64,000 bases of DNA from Myxococcota bacterium (GTDB lineage Bacteria; Myxococcota_A; SURF-8), in assembly GCA_963674735.2 (NCBI GenBank), contig CAXXQS010000003.1, positions 64,001 through 128,000 on the forward strand. The letters are read 5' to 3'. This document shows, piece by piece, positions 1-10,644 of the stretch (position 1 is its first letter; the number at the start of each line of letters is the position of its first letter). The notes beneath the pieces are model-generated. The model did not search any database. It had not been told where the DNA came from and was given only the letters and a program-made list of their open reading frames with translations. The translations under genes and the position numbers were made by a program.

Positions 1-890
1 TCCCCGATGATTCCCATGGCGAAGAGCGAAACGCCGAAGAAGAAAAGCAGCAATAACACTAAGGTTGTCCAGCCTTGTATCGCGATACCGCCGAAGAGAT
101 ATTCGCAAAAATAGTAGATACCGAGAATGGTGCTGAGAACGAAACAACCCAATCCGAGAAAGCTGACCAGCTGCAGGGGTAAAGCCGAGTTTCCAAGAAT
201 GTTGTCAAGGCCGTTGGAAACGAGTCGGCGCAAGCTGTAACCGGACTGATCGTACTTGCGGGGATGATGTTCTACCTGAACGTTTTTCACCTGGGTGGTA
301 ATCTGCATAAGCAACAATCCGATGCGTGGACTGAAGTTGCGGTATTCCAACAGGTGACGGGCGATTGTGCGTCGCATTACGCGAAAACTGGTGAGTTTGA
401 GATTCGGATCGGTTTGTAGCATGTAGCAGGTCAAACGTTCGATCGTTTTGGTCGCCAGATTACGTATTGGGTGGTGTTGTTTGGTCTCGTAGGAACCCAC
501 CACTGCATCCATGGATTCGTCTTCCCGAATGGCTGTAACGAGCTTGGGGATCTCTTCGGGCGGATGCTGCAGGTCATCGTCCATGGTGATGATCAATTCC
601 CCGCGAGTGTGAGCGATTCCGGAGAGGATGGTGTTGTGCTGGCCGAAATTTCGGGTGTGTTGCAAGAGTTTGATCTGTGGATAAGTCTTCCGAATTTCCT
701 TCATCAGTGTCCACGAGTTGTCTCGACTACCATCATCGACGAGCAAAATCTCGTATTCCTCACCGATGGCATCGAATACCCGAGTCAGTCTTTCACACAA
801 TTCTCCAAGGCTTTTCGATGAGTTGTAAATAGGTACCACAACACTAAAGGCCAACGTGGCGGGATTGTGGATGCTGAGTCCTTCAGGCAT
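1..890 (-). CDS. Glycosyltransferase family 2 (polyprenyl-phosphate glycosyltransferase, ArnC/GtrB-like); 3' end runs off the window
   Basis: Not in ORF track (no stop in window). Manual translation from ATG at 890: MPEGLSIHNPATLAFSVVVPIYNS...EILLVDDGSRDNSW...ELIITMDDDLQHPPEEIP, typical GT2 motifs, followed by hydrophobic C-terminal helices. Confidence 0.9.
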   Translation of the reverse strand, partial: MPEGLSIHNPATLAFSVVVPIYNSSKSLGELCERLTRVFDAIGEEYEILLVDDGSRDNSWTLMKEIRKTYPQIKLLQHTRNFGQHNTILSGIAHTRGELIITMDDDLQHPPEEIPKLVTAIREDESMDAVVGSYETKQHHPIRNLATKTIERLTCYMLQTDPNLKLTSFRVMRRTIARHLLEYRNFSPRIGLLLMQITTQVKNVQVEHHPRKYDQSGYSLRRLVSNGLDNILGNSALPLQLVSFLGLGCFVLSTILGIYYFCEYLFGGIAIQGWTTLVLLLLFFFGVSLFAMGIIG

Positions 891-1044
891 GGGGACGTCC
901 CTATCACGGCGCTTGGAAAACAGCCAGTCATTTACGGATCAATGCTTTGCCGGATAAAACGCAGACGCGTTTGGTCGGCGAAGCTTCACGGATGCGTAAC
1001 TTAGATTGAAATATACGCCTGAAGCTATTGGAAATCAAGGAGAA

Positions 1045-1064
1045 TTCTGTGTTGCAACACTGAA
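1045..1064. promoter_or_regulatory. Near-perfect 20-bp palindrome, candidate enhancer-binding-protein site
   Basis: TTCTGTGTTGCAACACTGAA, one mismatched pair; about 150 bp upstream of the sigma54-like motif at 1216. Confidence 0.4.
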
Positions 1065-1215
1065 GGAATCTGACGAAGGAAAGTTTGAAAAACGAGTTTT
1101 TTCCTACGCCCTTCTTTCCGATAACCAGTCCGAGATCCGGATTCCGGTCCAGTTACCGAACGGCCACCGGCTGGTTGATTGTCTCTAAGTTGTAGAAATA
1201 ACACCAAAAATTGTT

Positions 1216-1231
1216 TGGTACAAAAATTGCT
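1216..1231 (+). promoter_or_regulatory. Putative sigma54 (-24/-12) promoter
   Basis: TGGTAC-AAAAA-TTGCT matches TGGCAC-N5-TTGCW with correct spacing, 48 bp upstream of ATG 1280. Confidence 0.65.
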
Positions 1232-1279
1232 GTTTAAGCTGGGTGAAGTTGAAATCCGCCTTTAGACGGAGGAACTCTC

Positions 1280-2020
1280 ATGCCGGTACCGGAATTCGTT
1301 TCGCTTGCGCGGTTGGCGGGCCGTTATTTACGGCAATTGTTGGATGAGCTGGAGGAGCCCATGCAAGAGAATGGATCCAATGACCACTTCCGGCGATCGC
1401 GTCGATTGCCGTCAGGTTTTAAAAAACTAGATGATGCGCTTGGGTTAGGCGGCGTTCCCGAAGGGGCGACTGTCGAGCTTTGGAGCGCGTTTTCCCGTGA
1501 GTTGTTCTGGTTTTCGTCTCACTGGGTGGATGTGTTGCATTTACGTGGGCGCAATATTGTGTTGGTGGATCCTTTCTCTGAGTTTGATCCGACTCAGTTC
1601 CGTTGTAACCGTTCGGATTCCGGGCAAATTATGGTGGTCAACGTTGTGGAACGGGATGCATTGACTCGTCTTGTTAGTCGCTTGATGGAAGAAAAAAATA
1701 CTGATTTGGTAGTGCTGCCGCCAGGGATTATGGCTCAGCAGTATCTCAGCTATGGAGCGATCACCAGTGACGCAACCAAGCCGATCGAAGCCGCTTTCGA
1801 GCAGGCCATTCAACACTTGGCTTGGCTCGGACGACGTACCGGCGTCAGCTTGCTGCTGATGCGTCACGTATCGGAGGATCGCTATCCTCCTTCGCTGGCT
1901 TCGGCACAGGTGCATTTACGGATTTTGGAGCGCTCCCCCTATAGTGGACGCCGTTTGCGAATCGAGCATAATGTGTTGGCTCCCGAAACGATGGGCAAAC
2001 TCATCACGTTGCCTGACTGA
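1280..2020 (+). CDS. RecA-fold protein lacking Walker A (ImuA-like)
   Basis: LPSGFKKLDDALGLGGVPEGATVEL is the RecA/RadA N-terminal signature; GxxxxGKT replaced by WSAFSRELF; IVLVDP..FDP strand; GGAGG RBS before ATG 1280 (alternative start 1361). Confidence 0.7.
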   Translation: MPVPEFVSLARLAGRYLRQLLDELEEPMQENGSNDHFRRSRRLPSGFKKLDDALGLGGVPEGATVELWSAFSRELFWFSSHWVDVLHLRGRNIVLVDPFSEFDPTQFRCNRSDSGQIMVVNVVERDALTRLVSRLMEEKNTDLVVLPPGIMAQQYLSYGAITSDATKPIEAAFEQAIQHLAWLGRRTGVSLLLMRHVSEDRYPPSLASAQVHLRILERSPYSGRRLRIEHNVLAPETMGKLITLPD

Positions 2021-2089
2021 TTGTTTGGCGATCTCGTCCTTCCCCATTGAAATGCTGTGGATATAAGGATAAGTTTCGAAAATTCCACA

Positions 2090-2129
2090 TAAAAAACAGA
2101 CCGCCCCGTGAGGAACGGGGCGGCTGTTT
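2090..2129 (-). terminator. Rho-independent terminator of acs
   Basis: Stem CCGCCCCG/CGGGGCGG with A-run on + strand (U-tail on -), just downstream of acs stop. Confidence 0.8.
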
Positions 2130-2147
2130 GGGGATGCTGAACCGAGC

Positions 2148-4115
<1,968 letters not shown>

Positions 4116-4237
4116 GCTTACCTCCTGGTCATGCGGCATTGGGGTTGGTATTGCCTATCGTAAATAAAAAACCTAGCCTGTTATTCTCGATTCATTTTTC
4201 AACGTGTCGCGATGATGCAAAGCGTGATGTGATCCGG

Positions 4238-4267
4238 AGTATAGAGAAGGGCCTCCGTGTCTGTCAA
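4238..4267 (-). promoter_or_regulatory. Putative sigma70 promoter of acs
   Basis: TTGACA-N18-TATACT on minus strand with AT-rich UP-like tract upstream. Confidence 0.65.
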
Positions 4268-4329
4268 GGAAAAATTTTACAAAAACACAAATATAATTTT
4301 AAAACATATTGAAAAATCTGTAAGTACAT

Positions 4330-4359
4330 AAAAATAAAGGGGTAATACTTTGTTACCCC
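4330..4359 (-). terminator. Probable weak terminator after GNAT gene
   Basis: GGGGTAA/TTACCCC stem followed by TTTATTTTT on minus strand. Confidence 0.5.
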
Positions 4360-4398
4360 GAAAGTGAAGGCCATCTGTAAAGCTGTAAAGTTGTGAAA

Positions 4399-4851
4399 CT
4401 AGGCAGGGAGTTGTACTTGTTTACGCAGCTTGATTTGGTAGGTTTCGAAACCAGCCGATTCGAAAAAAGACAACAATTCCTTATTGGTAACATCCACGTC
4501 GACCACCACCCAGTCGACTCCGTTACCGGCAAACCAAAAACCGGCGCTTTCGATTAGGCGTGAGGCGATTTGTCGGCGTTGAAATTCAGGATCTATATAC
4601 AACGTGTGAATCACCCCGCGGTCGATACCGCCGGTAAGGATGTTGTATTGCAAAATGGAGCATTCCACGAGTCCGATCGCCCGACTACCTGCTTTGGCCA
4701 GCAGCATCAGGTGGCGGTTTGAATCAATGCGTTCTTCGAGTAACTTGAATGTTTTGATTTCATTGATATCAAGCACGTTTTTTAGCAAGTCCACTACTTG
4801 GCGGATTTGCTTGGTTCCAACTTTTTGAATTTGAACGGCTTCGTTTGACAC
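4399..4851 (-). CDS. GNAT family N-acetyltransferase
   Basis: LYIDPEFQRRQIAS (motif A) and N...FFESAGF (motif B). Confidence 0.85.
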   Translation of the reverse strand: MSNEAVQIQKVGTKQIRQVVDLLKNVLDINEIKTFKLLEERIDSNRHLMLLAKAGSRAIGLVECSILQYNILTGGIDRGVIHTLYIDPEFQRRQIASRLIESAGFWFAGNGVDWVVVDVDVTNKELLSFFESAGFETYQIKLRKQVQLPA

Positions 4852-4868
4852 CAGAGTTCTCCTCTAAA

Positions 4869-6089
4869 TTATGTAGGGGCGAAAAAATCATCATGCAAAG
4901 TTTGCGCGGCTTTTTGGAGAGAAGGCCGAAGCATGCGAAACGTGATCCGGTCGCGTGTCATCAGCAGATCTTGCCAAGCCAATCCCTGACTTGCCAACCT
5001 GGTGGTTGCCTGATGCAAGGTTTGTGGACTGTTGGCCAGTCCGGCCCCTACCAAACTGATCGAGCCCAAGTTTGCGTGAAAAGATGCCGCGTCGCCGATT
5101 TCTTTATACAGGTTTTTTTGCAAGGATAACCAGTCTTCGATACCATCGGCGTTCATTGTTAGAAAGCCGCTTCCCCGTTCCGATCCTTCCATGCGCATGT
5201 CGATCACCGGCACGTCGTATTTTTCTAAAAAACGCAACAATGATAGGAGCGTGTTCGGTGAATCGTAAGAGACGTGAATGTGGTATTCTTCATGTCGCAG
5301 CACGACGGCACGGACTTGCCCGTGGACGGGGACTTCTTCCGGTTTAAGCAGCAGGGTGCCTTGACCGTCCTTGAAGGTCGATGTGAGCATCACTTTAAGT
5401 CCATGTGATCGGGCAAAATCGATCGCGTCCGGATTGAGGACCTTCGCTCCCGCCGCACCCATTTCCTGCATTTCGTCGTAACTAAGGGCTTCGATCGGAA
5501 TGGTGCCGTCGATCTCATGCGGATCCGAAGAATACACGCCCGCTACATCCGAGCAGATTTCGCAATAACGTGCGTTTAGGGTTGCAGCCAAGGCGACCGC
5601 CGTCGTATCGCTCCCCCCACGTCCCAGTGTGGTGATTTCGCGCTTGTAACTCATTCCCTGAAAACCGGCCACGATGACAATTCGATCCCGCTCCAGTTCA
5701 TCCTGAATCCGGATCGGTCTGACATCGATGATGCGGGCACGCGAGTGGCTGTCCGAAGTGATGATGCCGCACTGGCTGCCGGTGAAACTGATGGCGTCGA
5801 GACCGAGATCCTGAATGGCCATCGTTAAAAGCGACATGGCCATGCGTTCTCCGGTTGTCAACAGCATGTCCATTTCACGTTTTTGTGGGGCTTTGCTTAC
5901 CTCATGGGCCATTTTCAGCAGACTATCGGTAGAGGACCCCATCGCTGAGACAACCGCTACGACGTGATAGCCTTTCTTTTTTGTGGCCACGATACGTTGT
6001 GCCACCTGCCGGATTTTGCCAGCATCGGCCACCGACGATCCGCCATATTTCTGTACCACGATGGGAAGCATGTTCGGTTTCCTGCTCAT
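4869..6089 (-). CDS. lysC: Aspartate kinase
   Basis: [39 protein letters not shown] motifs; divergent C-terminal ACT region. Confidence 0.95.
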   Translation of the reverse strand: MSRKPNMLPIVVQKYGGSSVADAGKIRQVAQRIVATKKKGYHVVAVVSAMGSSTDSLLKMAHEVSKAPQKREMDMLLTTGERMAMSLLTMAIQDLGLDAISFTGSQCGIITSDSHSRARIIDVRPIRIQDELERDRIVIVAGFQGMSYKREITTLGRGGSDTTAVALAATLNARYCEICSDVAGVYSSDPHEIDGTIPIEALSYDEMQEMGAAGAKVLNPDAIDFARSHGLKVMLTSTFKDGQGTLLLKPEEVPVHGQVRAVVLRHEEYHIHVSYDSPNTLLSLLRFLEKYDVPVIDMRMEGSERGSGFLTMNADGIEDWLSLQKNLYKEIGDAASFHANLGSISLVGAGLANSPQTLHQATTRLASQGLAWQDLLMTRDRITFRMLRPSLQKAAQTLHDDFFAPT

Positions 6090-6184
6090 TGTAAGATAGC
6101 CTCAATTTCTATCCGGGCATCGGAGGAAAGTCAAGTCTGCAGGGCTTGGTCCGTCAGAATAAGACCTCTCGATCCAGATTCAGT

Positions 6185-6610
6185 TCAAGGCGCTTTGTTC
6201 GATGGAGTAAGAACGAGATACCGGCGTAGACGTGTTACGAGTTTCGGTCCGATGCCGGAGACACGCTCCAGATCTTCCACCCGTCGGAAGGGTCCGCCGG
6301 TCTCGCGTTCAGTCACGATGCGCTTGGCCAAGACCGGTCCTACTCCGGGTAGGGTTGTCAACGTCGCGACATCGGCTGAATTGGGATCGATCAGCGAAAC
6401 GGGAGAGTCGGGCGGAGGTGGCTTCGTGTCGATGGTTGTCAAGTCGGGTAATGGATTTGTTACTTCCGTTAATGTTGTTACAGCCGGAGGATCAGGCGAG
6501 GTAAGTTGACGGCTCCCTTGCATGAGGCCCAAGAAGTACGCGCCCACCCCAACACAGATAATGAGCAACAACCATAGACGGTCATGCATGTCGGTTCTGC
6601 TTTTCCACAT
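6185..6610 (-). CDS. ComEA-family helix-hairpin-helix DNA-binding protein
   Basis: N-terminal TM helix, Pro-rich linker, LPGVGPVLAKRIV and VSGIGPK HhH motifs; true start may be ATG 6589. Confidence 0.9.
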   Translation of the reverse strand: MWKSRTDMHDRLWLLLIICVGVGAYFLGLMQGSRQLTSPDPPAVTTLTEVTNPLPDLTTIDTKPPPPDSPVSLIDPNSADVATLTTLPGVGPVLAKRIVTERETGGPFRRVEDLERVSGIGPKLVTRLRRYLVLTPSNKAP

Positions 6611-7082
6611 CCATGGGCTGGACGCGTTTCCAACCGTTCAAACGATCTTGCCAGCGAAGCCCCTGGGGACTGAACTGAAGTTCGCGACCACTTGGGGTTT
6701 CATGGATCGTCAGCTGCAGGTAGTCGCGTGGGTGGGCTTCCGTGAACAGGTCGAACCATTCCACCACGCACACACCTTCCTCCCCGCGAGCCGCGTCTTC
6801 ATAGCCCGTTTCCTCTAATTCGTCCGCACTCGACAGACGATAGAAATCGAAGTGGGTCAAGTGGGGGGTGGTGGGGTAATCGTTGACAATGGTGAAAGTG
6901 GGAGAGTTGACGTATACGCCTGCCGGCAAGCCCAGCCCATCGGCCAAGCCCTGGATGAAGGTCGTTTTCCCGGCACCCAAATCGCCAACCAGGCCGATGA
7001 CGTCGCCCGGAACAAGAAAGGCCGCCAGTTCGTATCCCAAACGTCGGGTAGTAGTGGCACTCGCGCTCTTACACGACCACAT
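6582..7082 (-). CDS. tsaE: tRNA threonylcarbamoyladenosine biosynthesis ATPase
   Basis: GDLGAGKTT, SPTFTIVN, HFDFYRL, VVEW motifs; adjacent to nnr. Confidence 0.95.
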   Translation of the reverse strand: MWSCKSASATTTRRLGYELAAFLVPGDVIGLVGDLGAGKTTFIQGLADGLGLPAGVYVNSPTFTIVNDYPTTPHLTHFDFYRLSSADELEETGYEDAARGEEGVCVVEWFDLFTEAHPRDYLQLTIHETPSGRELQFSPQGLRWQDRLNGWKRVQPMDVEKQNRHA

Positions 7083-8643
7083 CTAGATTTTGCTCCCATG
7101 CTTGCCATACATTCCCGATGGCAACGGCCGCATCTCCGGCGGTTAGTCCATGCTGGCCATATTGCGTGGCGGCCAGGTCACCCGCCAGTCCATGTGAGGA
7201 AACCCCACACAAGAGTGCTTCCGTTGTATTCAACCGCATCGCAAGAAGTCCGCCGAGCAGGCCGGTGAGGACATCTCCCATGCCGCCTGTCGCCATGCCC
7301 GGATTGCCGAAGGGGCAAACGTACAAGAAACCGGCCGGGCTTTTAATGAGACTACGAGCCCCTTTCAAGACCACATGGGCGTCGGTTTCTTTGGCTAGCT
7401 TTCGTGCTGCCGCCGGACGATTGGCCTGTACGTCGGCCGTTTCACAATTCAACAGCCGAGCCGCTTCACCCGGATGAGGGGTGAGGATCGTCACCCCCCC
7501 CGCTTTGGCTCGGGTTTTCAATGCTTTCAGTCCCAGTTGCGCGACCAGCGTCAAAGCGTCGGCGTCGAGCAGCATGGGCAGGTCGGGACGCGCGTCGAGC
7601 AGGTGTTGCAGGATTTCGGTCTGTTCGTCACCCAATCCCCAGCCGGGTCCGATGGCCAAGGCGGTTTTTCCCTTTGTTATTTCCAGGAGTTGTTCCGTCT
7701 TGCCGTTCATGGTTTCTGCATCGAGTACGGCGCTCATAGCTTCTGGATGTTGGGACAACATCGCTAATCGTGTCGCCGGGTCTGTAACGCAGGTAATCAG
7801 TCCGACCCCTGAGCGCAACGCCCCATGAGCGGCCAATACGGCCGCCCCACCTTTGCCGGGTGCACCTGCGACGAGCAACAGGTGGCCATAGGTTCCTTTG
7901 TGCGTGTCGTTGACGCGTGGAGAGAGGCTCTGGCGTGCGCGTGACTGCGTCAGCCATTCCCCCGCCGCACCGACGCGTTCGACGGTTTCGGCCCGGATAC
8001 CGATATCTATCCGATGTAGTTCGCCGCACAGTTCCGTTCCCGGATGGATCACCTGGCCGATTTTGCGCAAACCATAGGTGTAGGTGTGATGAGCGCGGAA
8101 GGCCGTACCCAAAATTTGTCCGGTATCGGATGAAAGACCCGAGGGAATATCGAGGGCGATCCGTAGCGCTTGAGCTGTATTGCAGGCCCGGATGAGTTCG
8201 GCGTAGAGGCCGGTTACGTCGCGTTGCAGGCCCGTGCCGAGTAAACCGTCCACCAACGTGTCGGCTCCGGCAATGACGGCAAGGGCGGGGCTCGTCTCCT
8301 GCTGATCCGCCCGGGTGATATCGATTCCGTTGGGCAAACGGTCAAAGTTCGTCTTTGCGTCGCCCCTTAGTTTGTCGGGGGAAATCGTCAAAACGACACC
8401 CACCGATAATCCCGCACGTCGCAGATGCCGGGCGACGACAAACCCGTCGCCGCCATTGTTGCCCGGACCGCACAAAATCGCGACTCGATTGAGGGGCTGG
8501 GGCAGCTTTTGCATGGCGCAAGCGGTCCCGGTTCCGGCAGCTTCCATCAGGTGCAAACCCGGAACGCCATCTTCCTCGATCGTGATCCGATCCATCTCGC
8601 GCATCTGGACGGCTTCGACCAGTAATCGCGAGTTGCCAGCCAT
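7069..8643 (-). CDS. nnr: Bifunctional NAD(P)H-hydrate epimerase/dehydratase
   Basis: CGPGNNGGDG, DGLLGTG, DIPSG, HKGTYG, DADAL, TPHPGEA, GGMGDVLTG; start at ATG 8643 overlapping pdxJ stop (TGATG), not 8838. Confidence 0.95.
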   Translation of the reverse strand: MAGNSRLLVEAVQMREMDRITIEEDGVPGLHLMEAAGTGTACAMQKLPQPLNRVAILCGPGNNGGDGFVVARHLRRAGLSVGVVLTISPDKLRGDAKTNFDRLPNGIDITRADQQETSPALAVIAGADTLVDGLLGTGLQRDVTGLYAELIRACNTAQALRIALDIPSGLSSDTGQILGTAFRAHHTYTYGLRKIGQVIHPGTELCGELHRIDIGIRAETVERVGAAGEWLTQSRARQSLSPRVNDTHKGTYGHLLLVAGAPGKGGAAVLAAHGALRSGVGLITCVTDPATRLAMLSQHPEAMSAVLDAETMNGKTEQLLEITKGKTALAIGPGWGLGDEQTEILQHLLDARPDLPMLLDADALTLVAQLGLKALKTRAKAGGVTILTPHPGEAARLLNCETADVQANRPAAARKLAKETDAHVVLKGARSLIKSPAGFLYVCPFGNPGMATGGMGDVLTGLLGGLLAMRLNTTEALLCGVSSHGLAGDLAATQYGQHGLTAGDAAVAIGNVWQAWEQNLDVVV

Positions 8644-9359
8644 CAGGCCTCCTTTCCCATCGCCGCGATCAAATCGCGCACCGCTTTGGCCATGCCCACC
8701 ATCACCGCACGTGCAACCACGGCGTGGCCAACGTGGATGGAAGAGATGTTCAACTGGGCAATCTGAGAGACGTTTCTGTAGCCGAGACCGCCGCCGGCAT
8801 GAATATCCATGTTGAGTTTGCGTCCCAAGCGTACGCAATCCTGCAAGGTCTGGAACAAATCATGTTTTTCTTTGGTGGTTTTGGCGAGAGCGAAAGAACT
8901 GGTGTCCAGCATCAGGATGTCGGGACCGATACGACCGGCCCAGCGGACGGAATCGATAGACGGTTTGACGAGAAGCGAGGAGAGGATGTCGCCGTCTTTG
9001 AGGGGTTCGATGAAGGTGCTGATGGGGTCGCGATCACCCATGTCCAGCGGCCAGCGGTCAGCCCGTACATCCATCGGTTCCTTGATCAGTGTGATGCTGT
9101 CGGGACGCAGATCGAGGGCATGTTGCCGATTTTTCATGGATGGGGTCAGTTCGAGATTCAACGGGACCGAGAGGGTTTCTTTGAGAACCTGAATGTCTCG
9201 CAGGTGTACCGTGGAGCGGTCGGAGTGCAGATGGATAGTGATGCCACCCACCCCTTCCAATTCAGCCAGGCTGGCGGCCACGGCCGGTTCGGGTTCGCGC
9301 CCGCCTCCGGCCGATCGCAAACCGGCGATATGATCGAGTTTCAAGTAGAGTTGCGTCAT
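8643..9359 (-). CDS. pdxJ: Pyridoxine 5'-phosphate synthase homolog with many active-site substitutions
   Basis: DHIAGLR, GITIHL, LNLE, HAGGGL.Y.NV, VGHAVVARAV match the PdxJ family over full length; usual position upstream of nnr-tsaE. Confidence 0.85.
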   Translation of the reverse strand: MTQLYLKLDHIAGLRSAGGGREPEPAVAASLAELEGVGGITIHLHSDRSTVHLRDIQVLKETLSVPLNLELTPSMKNRQHALDLRPDSITLIKEPMDVRADRWPLDMGDRDPISTFIEPLKDGDILSSLLVKPSIDSVRWAGRIGPDILMLDTSSFALAKTTKEKHDLFQTLQDCVRLGRKLNMDIHAGGGLGYRNVSQIAQLNISSIHVGHAVVARAVMVGMAKAVRDLIAAMGKEA

Positions 9360-9431
9360 GGCATTCCTTTTCTAATCCACGAATTATTCGCCAGCAAGCG
9401 AATATCATATTTTCCCGAATCTATTCAAGTA

Positions 9432-10610
9432 TCAGCAGCGGATGACGCCGTTTTTTTGCAGCTCGGCAATCTCTTGTTCGTTCAAACCAAGTTCTCTGAG
9501 TATTTCCTGGCTATGTTCACCTAAAGAGGCTGCGGGTTTGAGATCGGGGGCGCGATCCGGTGCAAAGGGCGCAGTCGGGACCATCGGGATTCGCAACCCC
9601 TCTCCAATCTCGAGTGGGAAAAACAGTTTGCGGGCGATGAACATTTCCCGGCTGGGTGCTTCGGCGGGGCTAATCACCGGTTCACAGCAGGCATCGACAT
9701 CTTTCAGCAAGTCTATCCATTCCGCCTGAGTACGCGATTTAAACAGTTCACACATGGCAAGATAGGGTTCGCTGTTCTCCGAAACCTCGGTGAAATGGTA
9801 TTCCATCATTTCCGGCCGGTTCACGGCTTCGCAGAACGCCTGGAAAAATTTGGGCTCCAGAGCGGCAAAGCTCATGCTGCGGCCGTCTGCCGTTTCGTAG
9901 ATATGATAGCAGAGATAGCGTCCCGATAACACCGTTTCACCACGGGTCGGATGTCCGTCGGCGGCGAGCTCGGCCCAAATAAAAGGCTGTAATGACAGTA
10001 GATTATCACACATCGAAATGTCGAGTTGTGCTCCTTCGCCGGTGCGCACACGCTGAAATACGGCTGCGAGTATGGCATTAACCGCCATCAGTGAGCCCGC
10101 CAGATCGGCCATTTGAGCGCCCGGCATGCCCGGCTGTTCATGTCTTCGGCCGGTCATTTCCACGATTCCGGCCAGCGCCTGGTAGTTGAGATCGTGTCCG
10201 GCACGCAGTCGATAGGGTCCGCTTTGACCGTAGCCGCTGATCGAGCACAGAATCACTCCCGGGTTGGCGGCTTTCAGGGTTTCATAATCCAGTCCCAGTT
10301 TGTCGAGTGTTCCCGGGCGGAAACCTTCCAGCACGATATCGTAGCATTTGACGAGGTCCAGTAGGATTTGTCTTCCGCGTTCGTCTTTGAGGTTGATCGA
10401 CAAATTGCGTTTACCCCGGTTGAGCATGGTGTACACCACCCCCATTTCATTCACCACCGGGGGCAGCGTGCGCATGCTATCGCCGATTCCCGTATCTTCA
10501 ACCTTAACGACCTCGGCACCCATCTCCGCCAGCATCAGCGAGGCGTAGGGACCAGGTAAAAGTCGTGAGAGATCGAGGACGCGTAAGCCTTTGAGGTATC
10601 CGCGTTGCAT
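9432..10610 (-). CDS. CaiB/BaiF family (class III) CoA-transferase / alpha-methylacyl-CoA racemase-like
   Basis: LRVLDLSRLLPGP, LNRGKR, EGFRPG, SGYGQSGP, GHDLNY, QMADLAG. Confidence 0.92.
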   Translation of the reverse strand: MQRGYLKGLRVLDLSRLLPGPYASLMLAEMGAEVVKVEDTGIGDSMRTLPPVVNEMGVVYTMLNRGKRNLSINLKDERGRQILLDLVKCYDIVLEGFRPGTLDKLGLDYETLKAANPGVILCSISGYGQSGPYRLRAGHDLNYQALAGIVEMTGRRHEQPGMPGAQMADLAGSLMAVNAILAAVFQRVRTGEGAQLDISMCDNLLSLQPFIWAELAADGHPTRGETVLSGRYLCYHIYETADGRSMSFAALEPKFFQAFCEAVNRPEMMEYHFTEVSENSEPYLAMCELFKSRTQAEWIDLLKDVDACCEPVISPAEAPSREMFIARKLFFPLEIGEGLRIPMVPTAPFAPDRAPDLKPAASLGEHSQEILRELGLNEQEIAELQKNGVIRC

Positions 10611-10644
10611 GGAATTTCCTTTCGTTCCAAATAAGACCGATCCG

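Noticed and set aside
471-821. 116-aa + strand ORF
   Set aside because: Antisense to the clear GT2 gene on the minus strand
1006-1207. Two 60-aa ORFs in the GT2/ImuA-like intergenic region
   Set aside because: No convincing RBS or motifs; region is better explained as divergent promoters
4375-4398. Short tandem CTGTAAAG repeats after GNAT stop
   Set aside because: Only 2-3 degenerate 8-mers; compatible with chance
8644-8838. N-terminal extension of nnr in the ORF track
   Set aside because: Overlaps pdxJ; Nnr homology starts at ATG 8643
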